Shown: positions 25,628 through 36,055 of the stretch, one piece after another
Layout of the letters: every line of letters starts with the position of its first letter
How positions within the stretch are numbered: the first letter of the stretch is position 1
IMG/VR virus record: IMGVR_UViG_3300027159_000005
Span: 1-38,701 of that record
Direction: 5' to 3' (one strand)
Origin: a virus
Lineage: Duplodnaviria; Caudoviricetes
Length of the DNA stretch: 38,701 nt
Translations under genes and position numbers: made by a program
The notes under the pieces: generated by a model
Databases searched by the model: none
What the model was told of the DNA's origin: nothing
What the model saw: only the letters and a program-made list of their open reading frames with translations

Positions 25628-27109
25628 ATGGCAAATGTAAGCCCAGTGTTTGGAAGCTTAATTCCAACACAAAAAAAGCAAGCCTTAGAAGGCAATTATT
25701 TAAACTTTACTGATGGAACGAGTGATTTCGCACAACAGTACTTACCAGAAATCTATGAAGCTGAAGTAGAGCGTTATGGAAATAGAACCTTAGGTGGTTT
25801 CTTAAGAATGGTAGGAGCTGAAATGCCAATGACTTCTGATCAAGTAGTATGGTCTGAGCAAAATAGATTACACATTTCTTATGAGAATGTAATAGCAACT
25901 AATGCAGGTGCTGTAGGGGCAAAAGTTTCTACTTTAACTATTCCTGTTGGTGGAGCTGGAGCAACTCTTATTGAAAATGTTGTATCTCCTGGTTCTACAA
26001 TCGTAGTAATGAATCCAGCAACTGGAGCAGAATTAAACTGTTACGTTGTTGCCTCTGGAGCTACTCCTGGTAGTGCATTAGGTGCAGGTGTATTAACTGT
26101 AGCGCCTTATTCGCAAGAAGCCTTAGACGGAACTGGAGCTGGAGCTGCTGAAGTAGATTTAGTAACTGGTGGACCAGCGCTTAAGATTTTCGTATACGGA
26201 TCTGAGTACGGAAAAGGAACTGGAGATGCTAACAGAGTTTCTGTAACACCTTCTTTCACTCAATACTCTAACTCTCCTATCATTATCAAAGATAAGTATG
26301 CAATCAACGGGTCTGACACTGCTCAGATCGGATGGGTTGAAGTAGCTACTGAGTCTGGTCAAGGAGGTTTCTTATGGTACTTAAAAGCTGAATCTGAAAC
26401 AAGATTACGTTTTGAAGACTACTTAGAAATGTCTATGGTAGAAGGTGAATTAAAATCTGGAAGTTCAACTACAACTGCTAAAGGTACTGAAGGTCTTTTT
26501 GCTGCTGTTAAAAGCCGTGGAAATGTATTAGTAGACTTTACTGCAACAACTGGTTTAGCTCAGTTTGATTCAATTCTTAAAAACTTAGATACTCAAGGAG
26601 CAATCGAAGAAAACATGTTATTCTTGAATAGAGAAACTTCTCTAGACTTTGATGATATGTTAGCTGGTGTAGGGCAAACAGCCGGAGCTGGTGCTTATTA
26701 CGGTGGTGGTAGTTCTTTTGGTGTATTTGAAAATTCTGAAGAAATGGCATTAAACTTAGGTTTCTCTGGATTCAGAAGAGGTTCTTATGACTTCTACAAA
26801 ACTGACTGGAAATACTTAAACGATGCTTCTACTCGTGGAGGTGTTGCTGATGCTGGAATCGAAGGAGTATTAGTACCTGCTGGAACTTCTACAGTTTACG
26901 ATCAAATATTAGGAACTAACATCAGAAGACCTTTCTTACACGTAAGATATAGAGCTTCTCAAGCTGATGATAGAAGAATGAAAAACTGGATCACTGGATC
27001 TGTAGGTGGCGCTGCTACTTCTGATTTAGATGCGATGGAGGTTCACTTCTTATCTGAAAGATGTTTAGTAACTCAAGCGGCTAACAACTTTGTGTTATTC
27101 ACAGACTAG
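25628..27109 (+). CDS. Major capsid protein, crAss-like (493 aa)
   Basis: Position and size; A-rich leader; biased codon use; downstream hairpin; FTQYSNSPIIIKDKY and GTEGLF motifs. Confidence 0.85.
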   Translation: MANVSPVFGSLIPTQKKQALEGNYLNFTDGTSDFAQQYLPEIYEAEVERYGNRTLGGFLRMVGAEMPMTSDQVVWSEQNRLHISYENVIATNAGAVGAKVSTLTIPVGGAGATLIENVVSPGSTIVVMNPATGAELNCYVVASGATPGSALGAGVLTVAPYSQEALDGTGAGAAEVDLVTGGPALKIFVYGSEYGKGTGDANRVSVTPSFTQYSNSPIIIKDKYAINGSDTAQIGWVEVATESGQGGFLWYLKAESETRLRFEDYLEMSMVEGELKSGSSTTTAKGTEGLFAAVKSRGNVLVDFTATTGLAQFDSILKNLDTQGAIEENMLFLNRETSLDFDDMLAGVGQTAGAGAYYGGGSSFGVFENSEEMALNLGFSGFRRGSYDFYKTDWKYLNDASTRGGVADAGIEGVLVPAGTSTVYDQILGTNIRRPFLHVRYRASQADDRRMKNWITGSVGGAATSDLDAMEVHFLSERCLVTQAANNFVLFTD

Positions 27110-27125
27110 TACCGATTAAATTAAT

Positions 27126-27166
27126 GTAGTAGTTACCCTTGTTGAACTGACAGGGGTAATTATTAC
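27126..27166 (+). terminator. Stem-loop after the major capsid gene
   Basis: GTAGTAGTTACCCTTGTT-GAACT-GACAGGGGTAATTATTAC, an 18-bp stem with G-U pairs, followed by TCTT. Confidence 0.7.
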
Positions 27167-27195
27167 TCTTATTAAAAATTTTATTATATTATATT

Positions 27196-28038
27196 ATGGC
27201 AGCAAATGCAAACAAGACTACAGCTAAAAAGCCTGTAGCAAAAAAAGAAATAGTACAAGAGCAAGAAGTAATGACTGCTCCAAAGAAACAAGAACCAGCT
27301 AAACCAAGCTGGGAAATAAAGGATAGAATGTATATAGTTATAGGTCAAGCGCCTTTAACATTAACAATTTCATCCAAACATACATCAAGACACCCTTTAT
27401 TATATTTTGATAAAGACAAGGGTCTTCAAAGAGAACTTAGATACGCAACAAATCAAAATTCTCCTTTTATAGATGAGCAAAACGGTCAAGCAACATTAGG
27501 GCATATAATGTTTAAAGACGGCGCTCTATATGTTAAAAAAGAACAACAAAACCTACAAAAACTACTATCTTTATATCATCCATTATTAGGTAATAAATAC
27601 TACGAACATAATCCAGTAGCTATAGCCGAAGATGAATTAGAAGATTTAGAAGTTCAAATAGATGCAATGATGGCCGCAAGAACTATGGACGTTGATGACG
27701 CTGAAGCAATACTTCGTGTTGAACTAGGGTCTAAGGTTTCAAGCATGACAACTAAAGAACTAAAAAGAGATCTATTATTATTTGCTAAAAGACAACCAGA
27801 TTTGTTTATAGAGTTAGCAAATGACGACAATGTACAATTAAGAAACATAGCTATAAAAGCTTCTGAAATGGGTATTATTAAATTGTCGCAAGATCAAAGA
27901 ACATTTACTTGGGGATCAAACGGTAGAAAATTAATGACAGTACCTTTTGACGAAAACCCATACTCTGCAATGGCAGCTTACTTTAAAACCGATGAAGGCG
28001 TAGAAGTTTATAGATCAGTAGAGAAAAACTTAGAATAA
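27196..28038 (+). CDS. Hypothetical protein downstream of the capsid gene (280 aa)
   Basis: Long ORF with a K/P-rich N-terminus; function not assignable. Confidence 0.75.
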   Translation: MAANANKTTAKKPVAKKEIVQEQEVMTAPKKQEPAKPSWEIKDRMYIVIGQAPLTLTISSKHTSRHPLLYFDKDKGLQRELRYATNQNSPFIDEQNGQATLGHIMFKDGALYVKKEQQNLQKLLSLYHPLLGNKYYEHNPVAIAEDELEDLEVQIDAMMAARTMDVDDAEAILRVELGSKVSSMTTKELKRDLLLFAKRQPDLFIELANDDNVQLRNIAIKASEMGIIKLSQDQRTFTWGSNGRKLMTVPFDENPYSAMAAYFKTDEGVEVYRSVEKNLE

Positions 28039-28050
28039 CGTGTAATAATA
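28023..28050 (+). promoter_or_regulatory. Putative late promoter, copy 4
   Basis: GAAAAA-N10-CGTGTAATAATA ahead of the tail module. Confidence 0.55.
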
Positions 28051-28055
28051 AAAAG

Positions 28056-28087
28056 TATAAGAGGTTATAATAGCATAGCCTCTTATA
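28056..28087 (+). terminator. Stem-loop (terminator or 5' stabilising hairpin)
   Basis: TATAAGAGGTTAT-AATAGC-ATAGCCTCTTATA. Confidence 0.6.
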
Positions 28088-28117
28088 TTAAACAAGCAAA
28101 TTTAAAAATAAAAGAAA

Positions 28118-28837
28118 ATGGCTATAAACATAAACAAGGTTTATAAAGCTGTTCTAGTTGTGCTGGAACAAGAAAAAAGAGGAGTGTTGACGCCTAACGA
28201 GTTCAACAAGATTGCTACTCAAGCGCAGCAAGAAATTTTTACTCAGTACTTTGATGATTTAAATCAATTGCTTGGAATGCCTCAAACCTCATTGGCTTAT
28301 GCTGATAGGATGGCTTTGTTAGATGAAAAAATATCTATATTTAAAAAAAATGAAAACGTTGATTTAACTAACAACGTAGCTGTACCTACAGAATCTGTTC
28401 AAGAATTAGGTTCTGTTATATACAACAGCCCTACCTCGGGAGTACCAGGTAGAGAGGCTCAAAGAATACAACAATACGAGCTATTTACAACTAATCAATC
28501 TCCTTTAACAGCTCCCACATCTTTCTACCCAGTATACATATACGAAGGAAATAAGATAACATTGTACCCAGAATCTATACCAGATGGTAGTGGCGTTGTT
28601 CAATTGAATTACTTGCACTTTCCAGCAGATCCTAAATGGGGATTTAATGTAGATACTGAATTAGGTCACTACATATATAATGAGTTAGATTCTCAAGACT
28701 TTCAGATACATAAATCAGATCAACCATTGTTGATAGATAAAATACTAGGGTATGCAGGTGTAATGACAAAAGATCAATTTGTTATGTCTTTAGCTAATAG
28801 TAAAGAACAACAAATAAACGTTAACGATCAAAAATAA
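28118..28837 (+). CDS. Putative tail ring/tubular protein, type A copy 1 (239 aa)
   Basis: Paralogue of 29435-30250; located in the tail module. Confidence 0.7.
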   Translation: MAININKVYKAVLVVLEQEKRGVLTPNEFNKIATQAQQEIFTQYFDDLNQLLGMPQTSLAYADRMALLDEKISIFKKNENVDLTNNVAVPTESVQELGSVIYNSPTSGVPGREAQRIQQYELFTTNQSPLTAPTSFYPVYIYEGNKITLYPESIPDGSGVVQLNYLHFPADPKWGFNVDTELGHYIYNELDSQDFQIHKSDQPLLIDKILGYAGVMTKDQFVMSLANSKEQQINVNDQK

Positions 28838-28843
28838 TAAAAA

Positions 28844-29422
28844 ATGGCAAATACATTATCAACTAACGCTTTTATATCATTAAATGATATAATAAACAAC
28901 TTTATAATATCATACACTGGACCTGGTAAACTTATCCCAGATTCTAAACGAACAGAAGTAATATTTCACGCTAGGCGTTGTCTACAAGAATTTGCTTACG
29001 AAACTTTGAAAAGTAAGTTTATAGTAGAAGCAAGTGTATTACCAGCCACCTACACTTTGCCTAGTGATTTTGTAACTATAATTAATATAGAAGCAGATAA
29101 CATGGATTTTGTTCAAGTCAAAGAGAATCCAGGTCAAGCAGAATATGCTATAGATTATAATACTAAAATTGTATCATTTAACGCTGGAAACGTAAATGAT
29201 CCTGATTTTAAATTAACATACTTGTCAAATTCTCTTACAACAGATGAGAACGCCGCTATTCCAAAGTTAGCAGAAGAGGCTTTATATGCTTGCATGGTTT
29301 ACGCTATATTAGCAAATAGAGAGAAAACAAATCCAAACTTACTACAAAGATTATTAATAGAAAAAATAGACAAATTAGAAAGATCAAAATCTAGATTAAT
29401 TTTTACTAACTTTTCTGAATAA
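28844..29422 (+). CDS. Putative tail ring protein, type B short copy (192 aa)
   Basis: Paralogue of 30254-31456 (DIINNF...FHA.R.LQEF.Y.TLKS; PK.AEEALYA). Confidence 0.7.
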   Translation: MANTLSTNAFISLNDIINNFIISYTGPGKLIPDSKRTEVIFHARRCLQEFAYETLKSKFIVEASVLPATYTLPSDFVTIINIEADNMDFVQVKENPGQAEYAIDYNTKIVSFNAGNVNDPDFKLTYLSNSLTTDENAAIPKLAEEALYACMVYAILANREKTNPNLLQRLLIEKIDKLERSKSRLIFTNFSE

Positions 29423-29434
29423 AAACATACCAGT

Positions 29435-30250
29435 ATGGCAATAAATGTAAATACAGTGTATCAAACAGTTCTGTCAATACTTAATAAAGAACAGAGAGGT
29501 TTTTTAACGCCATCAGAATTTAACAAGTTAGCTTCGCAAGTACAATTAGATATATTTGAAAAGTACTTTGAAGATCTCAATCAGCAAATGAGAATTCCTC
29601 AGGCTGATGATGATTATTCTGACAGGTTAATGAATCTTGATGAAAAATTAGCTATATTCAAAACATTTGGTATTGCTACATACAACTCTTCTACTAACCC
29701 TAAATTAAAATCTTTCTCATTACCTATTATAAATGAGTATGGGCAGACTGTTGATTTTTATAGGTTAGGAACAGTAACCTATAATCCATCATCATCTACA
29801 CCTACTGAAGTTCAAAGACTAAATAGAACTGAGTTCTACAATATAGATAAATCAGATTTAACATTACCTAGCGAAAGCTATCCTGTTTATTTGTATGAAA
29901 ACAGAGGTAATGTAAATAATCCTGGCCAACCTATTAATAGTAACATACAAAATGTATTGTATGTTAAGCCTTTAAGCATAATTAGCGATATAGAAGTTGA
30001 TTATATTAGAAAACCAATAAACCCTATATGGGGTTTTACTACAGGTAATAGAGGTCAATATATATTCACTAATAGCTATTACGATTCTTCTAACGGAACA
30101 GGTTCTATAGATTTCGAACTACACGAATCAGAGCAAGTTAATGTTATTTTAAGAATATTAGCTTATGCCGGTATAATAATAAGAGACCCTCAAATAGTAC
30201 AAGCAGCTTCAAGTGAGGTTCAACAAAAGGAAATAAACGCAAAATCTTAA
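29435..30250 (+). CDS. Putative tail ring/tubular protein, type A copy 2 (271 aa)
   Basis: MAINVNTVYQTVLSILNKEQRGFLTPSEFNK; paralogue of 28118-28837. Confidence 0.72.
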   Translation: MAINVNTVYQTVLSILNKEQRGFLTPSEFNKLASQVQLDIFEKYFEDLNQQMRIPQADDDYSDRLMNLDEKLAIFKTFGIATYNSSTNPKLKSFSLPIINEYGQTVDFYRLGTVTYNPSSSTPTEVQRLNRTEFYNIDKSDLTLPSESYPVYLYENRGNVNNPGQPINSNIQNVLYVKPLSIISDIEVDYIRKPINPIWGFTTGNRGQYIFTNSYYDSSNGTGSIDFELHESEQVNVILRILAYAGIIIRDPQIVQAASSEVQQKEINAKS

Positions 30251-30253
30251 TAC

Positions 30254-31456
30254 ATGGGTTTAATTACAGAAAATAATCAGCAATACTACGCAGGAGTACA
30301 AAAATTCTTATCTGTAGCTGGTGCCGGACAAGCTTTTACAACTACATTTGATACTGAATTAGTGTTAGGTAGTTATGATCCTCTTCAGCCAAACTATGCT
30401 TTAAACAATTTTAAGTTATACACAGCAAATGCTGGTGTTTTAACATATACAGAATATACTTCACCTTATACCGTATCAGGTAATACAATAACATTTACAG
30501 GAAACCTAGCTACCAACACAAGTTTAGTTGTTCAATTAAAAATATTAAGCGGCGGTGAATACGGAAACAGAGATGCTTATGGTAACACTGTTGAGGAAAA
30601 CTACGGATCTTATTCTTATATAAAGCTTGATGATATTATTAACAACTTTTTAGTTGCTTATGTAGGAGACGGTAAATTAATAACAAGTTGCAAAAGAACA
30701 GATCTTATGTTTCACGCAAAGCGTGGATTGCAAGAATTTAGTTATGATACACTAAAAAGTATTAAATCTCAAGAATTAAATATACCTCCAGGGTTGAGTG
30801 TAGTACTACCTCAAGATTATGTAAACTACACTAAAATATCTTGGATAGATCAATTAGGCGTTAAAAGACCTATATATCCTGCAAACAATTTAACTACAAA
30901 CCCATTTGAAAACCCTGTGCAAGATTCAAAAGGTGTGCCAACTCAAGATAACTTTGGCAATAATATAGAGGGAACTTCGATAACAGAGGAAAGATGGAGG
31001 TCAGCGGATGATACTTTAATAAACCAAGATGTAACAGACGCACTTTATAACCAAGGTTATGATAGCTGGGGATGGGACGAACAAATATTAGGTCAAAATT
31101 ACGGATTAGATCCACAATATGCTCAAGTAAACGGATGGTTTACCATAAATCACAGAGAAGGCAAAATGTCTTTTTCAAGTAATTTAGCGGGAGCATTAAT
31201 AGTTTTAGAGTATATTTCTGATGGTTTAGCTTCCGATATGGAAACTAAAGTTCCTAAGATGGCAGAAGAGGCTCTGTATGCTCATATGAGCCACGCTGTG
31301 ATAGCTTCTAGGATTAACCAACCTGAATATATAGTAAGAAGATTAAAGCAAGAGAGAAGTGCTAAATTAAGAAATGCTAAAATAAGATTATCTAATATAA
31401 AACTTGACGAAATAGTTCAAGTGATGAGAGGTAAATCTAAATGGATAAAACACTAA
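30254..31456 (+). CDS. Putative tail ring protein, type B long copy (400 aa)
   Basis: LPQDYVNY and LEYISDG motifs; paralogue of 28844-29422 with an extra N-terminal domain. Confidence 0.72.
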   Translation: MGLITENNQQYYAGVQKFLSVAGAGQAFTTTFDTELVLGSYDPLQPNYALNNFKLYTANAGVLTYTEYTSPYTVSGNTITFTGNLATNTSLVVQLKILSGGEYGNRDAYGNTVEENYGSYSYIKLDDIINNFLVAYVGDGKLITSCKRTDLMFHAKRGLQEFSYDTLKSIKSQELNIPPGLSVVLPQDYVNYTKISWIDQLGVKRPIYPANNLTTNPFENPVQDSKGVPTQDNFGNNIEGTSITEERWRSADDTLINQDVTDALYNQGYDSWGWDEQILGQNYGLDPQYAQVNGWFTINHREGKMSFSSNLAGALIVLEYISDGLASDMETKVPKMAEEALYAHMSHAVIASRINQPEYIVRRLKQERSAKLRNAKIRLSNIKLDEIVQVMRGKSKWIKH

Positions 31457-31462
31457 AATTTA

Positions 31463-34400
31463 ATGGCTAGTTTTAAGAATATTTTCATAAAGTCTAAGAT
31501 GAATAAAGATCTTGACGATCGATTATTACCTCAAGGAGAATACAGAAATGCAGTAAACATCCAAGTTAGCAAGTCGGAGTCTGAAGACGTAGGTGCTTTA
31601 GAAAACGTTTTAGGTAACGAAATGGTTGTTGATTTTGGATTAGTAACTGGAGAAGCAAACGTAATATGCGTAGGCTATTTAGTTTCAGAAGTAAATTCTA
31701 GTATTTACTTTTTTCTAACAGACAATACTGTCGCAAGCAATCCTACAGGCATTTACGATGAAGATGCTAAAAACTTTATAACTAGGTCAATAATATCACC
31801 TAATACTTCAATACAAAATACAATATTAGTACAAGGTGCCTTTTTAAACTTTTACGAAAACAATCCGATACATGGTATAAATCTTCTTGAAGATCTTTTA
31901 TTTTGGACTGATAATAGAAATCAGCCTAGAAAAATAAGAGTTAGTGCTGCTGCTGATGATGTTACATATTACAGCATGGAAGATACAATATCTGTAGCAA
32001 AGTACATGCCTTATAACGCACCTGAGCTTTGGCAAGAAAGTAGCGTGGTTGGTGAATACGAAACTACCATGAAGGATGTTGTTAGCGCGGTTTTACCAAA
32101 CGGCACAACAGCTAATCCATACTACAATGCCAACTACCAAGGTGACCCTGATTACTTAGAAGATAAGTTTGTAAGGTTTAGTTATAGATTTAAGTTTGAT
32201 GACGGCGAGTATTCTGTATTTGCGCCATTTACACAAGAGTGCTTTATACCGAAGCAAGACGGTTATTTTATGTACACTAGTGACGATGACAACGATATGT
32301 CAGCAGCTTATAGAAGTACTATTGTTGATTTTATGGAAAACAAAGTTAATCAAATAGATTTACTTATAGACTTACCTACAAATGGAAATCCAAACATTAC
32401 AACAACTTTAGAAAATGCAACTAGTCAGTTTAAAATAACTGAAATAGAGATATTGTATAAAGAATCAAATGGTTTAGCTGTTATGGTAGCGGATGTTATA
32501 CCTGCTAGCCAAATAATAAGTCAATATGATGCAGCGGCACCTTCAAATATTTATAAATATAGATATTCTGGAACCAAACCTTTTAGAACACTTCCTGAAG
32601 ATCAGCTAATTAGAGTTTACGACAAAGTACCTGTCAAAGCTTTAGGGCAGGAAATTATAAGCAATAGAATTGTATACAGTAACTTTCAAACTAAGCACAC
32701 TCCTCCTTCAATGGATTATAATGTTGGTGCTGGTCCTAAAAGAAATTTTGATATAACAACAAATCCAAATAATGAAACTTCTTGGAACACTGCTATTGTT
32801 GAGTACCCTAATAGTACTTTAAAACAAAATAGAAATTATCAAGCTGGATTTGTGTTGTCGGACAGGTTTAGTAGAACAACATCTACCATATTATCAAATA
32901 CTTCAAACACAACCGTAGCAAGCGCAAGTGTTGCGCAGTTGTCAACTGTATATTCACCATACAATCCAGAAACATTGAACATAGGTCAATGGCCTGGAGA
33001 TTCTTTGTTTATAGAGGTAAACGAACAAATACCTCCAAGCATGCCGTCGGCTCTTTATCCAGGTATATACAACGGAGATCCTACTAGTAGTGAATATAAT
33101 CCATTAGGCTTTTACACTTGGAAAGTTGTTGTAAAGCAACAAGAGCAAGATTACTATAATGTATATCTTCCTGGAGCAATAACAGCATATCCAGAAGATA
33201 CCACTTTAGAAACGGGTTTAACTTCTCATATAACGTTATTAAACGACAATATAAATAAAGTACCTAGAGATTTATCTGAAGTAGGTCCTGATCAAAAACA
33301 GTTTAGAAGCTCTGTAAAATTATTTGGTAGGGTTGAGAATTCAAACGTGACCGCAACAGGAGTAACTCCTTATAAATTTGGAGTAGTTAATGAACAATAT
33401 TATCCATCAAGATCGTCTGATACAGTTTCTACGGTATCTAACATGTTTGATATGTTTAATATTGACCCTACAGGGACTATACCTAATCCGTACCCAGAAG
33501 CTTTTTACGAAGCAGAATCAAATCCTTTAATTGGTAGAGTTAGTACGTCAGATAGATTTGGGCAAATAGACCCAACAACAGGAGCTTTAACTTACAGTAT
33601 ACAGAATTTAGCTGTTTACGAAACAGAGCCAGTAGAATCTAGGTTAGATATATATTGGGAAACTAGCAGCTCTGGTACTATAACTGATTTGAATGAGCAA
33701 ATAGAATCAGACGGAAATCAAACGATATCAGCATTAGCTGGCTTAGATTGGTATTTATCTGAGTATTTTGGAGTTTATAGCGGAAATCCTTTACAACCAG
33801 ATGTTACAACAACTTCTACCTGCAGCCCTTCAATAGCAAATGGGCAATGTGGTAGATTCAGAGCAGTAGCTACTGGTCAATTTCAGTTTGAAGACTCTGT
33901 AACAAATCCAATACAAACTATAATTAATCCAAGTTTAACAGTTGCTGTTAATATAAATGGAATTTCTACTGATGTTTCTGGTGATTTTGAATTAATACAA
34001 ATAACAGGAGTACTTAATGGTGGGTTAGGCAGCTACATTGATTATAATGGGAATGCTACTACTGCAAAAGACTGGGACACTTTTATTATAGTTAATAAAG
34101 CATATAGAATATATAAAACAACTAATAGTGATGCTCAATCTTTTACTTTAACTATAACAGCTACAGATGGAGATCCAAATATTACAAACCCAACCCCTTG
34201 GGTGCGTACTTTAAATACAGGTTCTTATGGAACTATATTAACTGATTTATCTACAATAATTGTTGGAGGTGAAACTTTCGGAGATGGCGCTACTACATGG
34301 GGACAGCATGCTTTACCAGTTCTTAATTATTTAAAGGCTTGTCCTCAACCCTTAAGAGTACCTGTTGGTTTAACAAATCAACTTAAACTATACGGATCTA

Positions 34401-36010
34401 ATGGATCTAACAGTTTATCCGCTGGATTAAACAATCAAGATGGATTACAATGGAACATATCTTCTCAAACACAAGATGGGAATGCTATCAACATATTTCA
34501 AATTAGCAGTATTGGAGAAATAAGTGAGGTTACTTTTGGTACAGCTTATGGTCAATACGCTATAACAGTAACTTTATCAGGTCCTGATGGGCAAACTGAT
34601 AGCTGTTCTTTTGAATTAGTAGTAGGTGAAGAATTAGCTGACGGTAGTTTTAGTATTGAAAATAGTTTGAGATTATATACTAATTACGCTTACATTTTAA
34701 GCGCTCACAATTCAACTACTAATGCTTTCAATCAAATAACAGCAGGAGCAGGTAATTCATTTACTGAAATGTACCCAACTCCTCAAAGCACATTATCGAG
34801 TGGAGATGCACTTGTTTATGTACCTGTTACAGGTGCTGGAGGTGATGGAGATAACTCAACTTGTAATCAAGTGCAATACGGAGGCCGACCATACTCTTAC
34901 CTTGAAAGAAATAAAATACCTTCAGGAACAAACTCTAGCTTAGCTGGTCCTTTAACTAAAGGTACCGCTTATATTAGTTTGCAACCATATATGGATGCGG
35001 TTTATGGTAGTACAAATAGTAATCCTAACTTTGAAAATAACAACGATGTATCTTGGGCTATAGAATACAGAGCAGACTCTAGTTCATCATGGGTAGCTGC
35101 AAAAGATATAGAAGGAAATGTATTATCTTTTAACAGCGAAGTTAGCGGATATGGTAGTCCTACTCAAATAAGCAGCAATACCGGTATTAATGCTACATTA
35201 CCAGTACCAAACCCAGGAGGGTCTCCAAATCCTATAACTTCAGAAAGAAATATAGTTTATGGATCCTCTGAAGGGCCTGGGTTTAGCGGTAGTTGGGCTA
35301 ATTGGATTAGAGTTGGTGCTGAAAATAATACTAGTTCAGGAAGCTTTGGAGGAACTTTTGGTAGAGGTAAATATGGTAGATGGGCAGTTGTAGGTAAAAG
35401 CCCTTACTCAAGTGAATCAGATAAGTTTGGCGAATATAGAGTTATAGTACAAAGAATAGGCGGGAATCAAGATAACAGCCAATCCTGTGCGGCTCCTATA
35501 GCCAGTAATACTAATAGTCAAAGAAACTGGGCAGGTGCTGGAGCCTACATTAAAACAGGTGATTTTTATTATGACTTAGGTCCTAAGGTAGCCTTTGGGT
35601 ATAAAATAAATCCAGCATTAAAAAGCAGTCACTTTTTAGCTAAAAACGAAACAACACATAACACAGTGGTATATGCTAGGGAAGGTATACATAGGTATGT
35701 TACTACATTCTATGAAGATGCGTTGCTTCAAACTCCTTATACTGGATATACTCAAGTAAACACTAATACCGACGTATATTTATCTTATATTTCTATAGAA
35801 GATGACGGACAAGACGCAAACGGGTTCCCTTATACAACACCTTATAATTCAGGAGCAAGCAGCTCTAGTAACGCTAAACTAGCTTTAGCAGCAGAAGGTG
35901 CAAGTAGAGATAATGCTACAAACACTACATCTCAGAATTTAAGAACTTGGTCTTGCGAAATGAATCCAACAACTGGTTTAAAAGTAAAAGGATCTGCTCA
36001 ACCTAGATAA
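31463..36010 (+). CDS. Tail stabilisation/muzzle-like protein, N-terminal part, with a long S/T/G-rich extension (1515 aa)
   Basis: MNKDLDDRLLPQGEYRNAVN, LFWTDNRNQPRKI and RFSYRFKFDDGEYS motifs recalled from crAss-like (P22 gp10-like) tail proteins. Confidence 0.7.
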   Translation: MASFKNIFIKSKMNKDLDDRLLPQGEYRNAVNIQVSKSESEDVGALENVLGNEMVVDFGLVTGEANVICVGYLVSEVNSSIYFFLTDNTVASNPTGIYDEDAKNFITRSIISPNTSIQNTILVQGAFLNFYENNPIHGINLLEDLLFWTDNRNQPRKIRVSAAADDVTYYSMEDTISVAKYMPYNAPELWQESSVVGEYETTMKDVVSAVLPNGTTANPYYNANYQGDPDYLEDKFVRFSYRFKFDDGEYSVFAPFTQECFIPKQDGYFMYTSDDDNDMSAAYRSTIVDFMENKVNQIDLLIDLPTNGNPNITTTLENATSQFKITEIEILYKESNGLAVMVADVIPASQIISQYDAAAPSNIYKYRYSGTKPFRTLPEDQLIRVYDKVPVKALGQEIISNRIVYSNFQTKHTPPSMDYNVGAGPKRNFDITTNPNNETSWNTAIVEYPNSTLKQNRNYQAGFVLSDRFSRTTSTILSNTSNTTVASASVAQLSTVYSPYNPETLNIGQWPGDSLFIEVNEQIPPSMPSALYPGIYNGDPTSSEYNPLGFYTWKVVVKQQEQDYYNVYLPGAITAYPEDTTLETGLTSHITLLNDNINKVPRDLSEVGPDQKQFRSSVKLFGRVENSNVTATGVTPYKFGVVNEQYYPSRSSDTVSTVSNMFDMFNIDPTGTIPNPYPEAFYEAESNPLIGRVSTSDRFGQIDPTTGALTYSIQNLAVYETEPVESRLDIYWETSSSGTITDLNEQIESDGNQTISALAGLDWYLSEYFGVYSGNPLQPDVTTTSTCSPSIANGQCGRFRAVATGQFQFEDSVTNPIQTIINPSLTVAVNINGISTDVSGDFELIQITGVLNGGLGSYIDYNGNATTAKDWDTFIIVNKAYRIYKTTNSDAQSFTLTITATDGDPNITNPTPWVRTLNTGSYGTILTDLSTIIVGGETFGDGATTWGQHALPVLNYLKACPQPLRVPVGLTNQLKLYGSNGSNSLSAGLNNQDGLQWNISSQTQDGNAINIFQISSIGEISEVTFGTAYGQYAITVTLSGPDGQTDSCSFELVVGEELADGSFSIENSLRLYTNYAYILSAHNSTTNAFNQITAGAGNSFTEMYPTPQSTLSSGDALVYVPVTGAGGDGDNSTCNQVQYGGRPYSYLERNKIPSGTNSSLAGPLTKGTAYISLQPYMDAVYGSTNSNPNFENNNDVSWAIEYRADSSSSWVAAKDIEGNVLSFNSEVSGYGSPTQISSNTGINATLPVPNPGGSPNPITSERNIVYGSSEGPGFSGSWANWIRVGAENNTSSGSFGGTFGRGKYGRWAVVGKSPYSSESDKFGEYRVIVQRIGGNQDNSQSCAAPIASNTNSQRNWAGAGAYIKTGDFYYDLGPKVAFGYKINPALKSSHFLAKNETTHNTVVYAREGIHRYVTTFYEDALLQTPYTGYTQVNTNTDVYLSYISIEDDGQDANGFPYTTPYNSGASSSSNAKLALAAEGASRDNATNTTSQNLRTWSCEMNPTTGLKVKGSAQPR

Positions 36011-36022
36011 CATACAATAAAG

Positions 36023-36050
36023 GTAAAATACCTGTAAACATGTAATATAA
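36023..36050 (+). promoter_or_regulatory. Putative late promoter, copy 5
   Basis: GTAAAA-N10-CATGTAATATAA, ending only 5 nt before the next ATG. Confidence 0.5.
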
Positions 36051-36055
36051 ATATT

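Noticed and set aside
19828-27109. Introns or inteins in the terminase, portal or capsid genes
   Set aside because: Continuous ORFs of plausible size with no intein termini or homing endonuclease motifs recognised.
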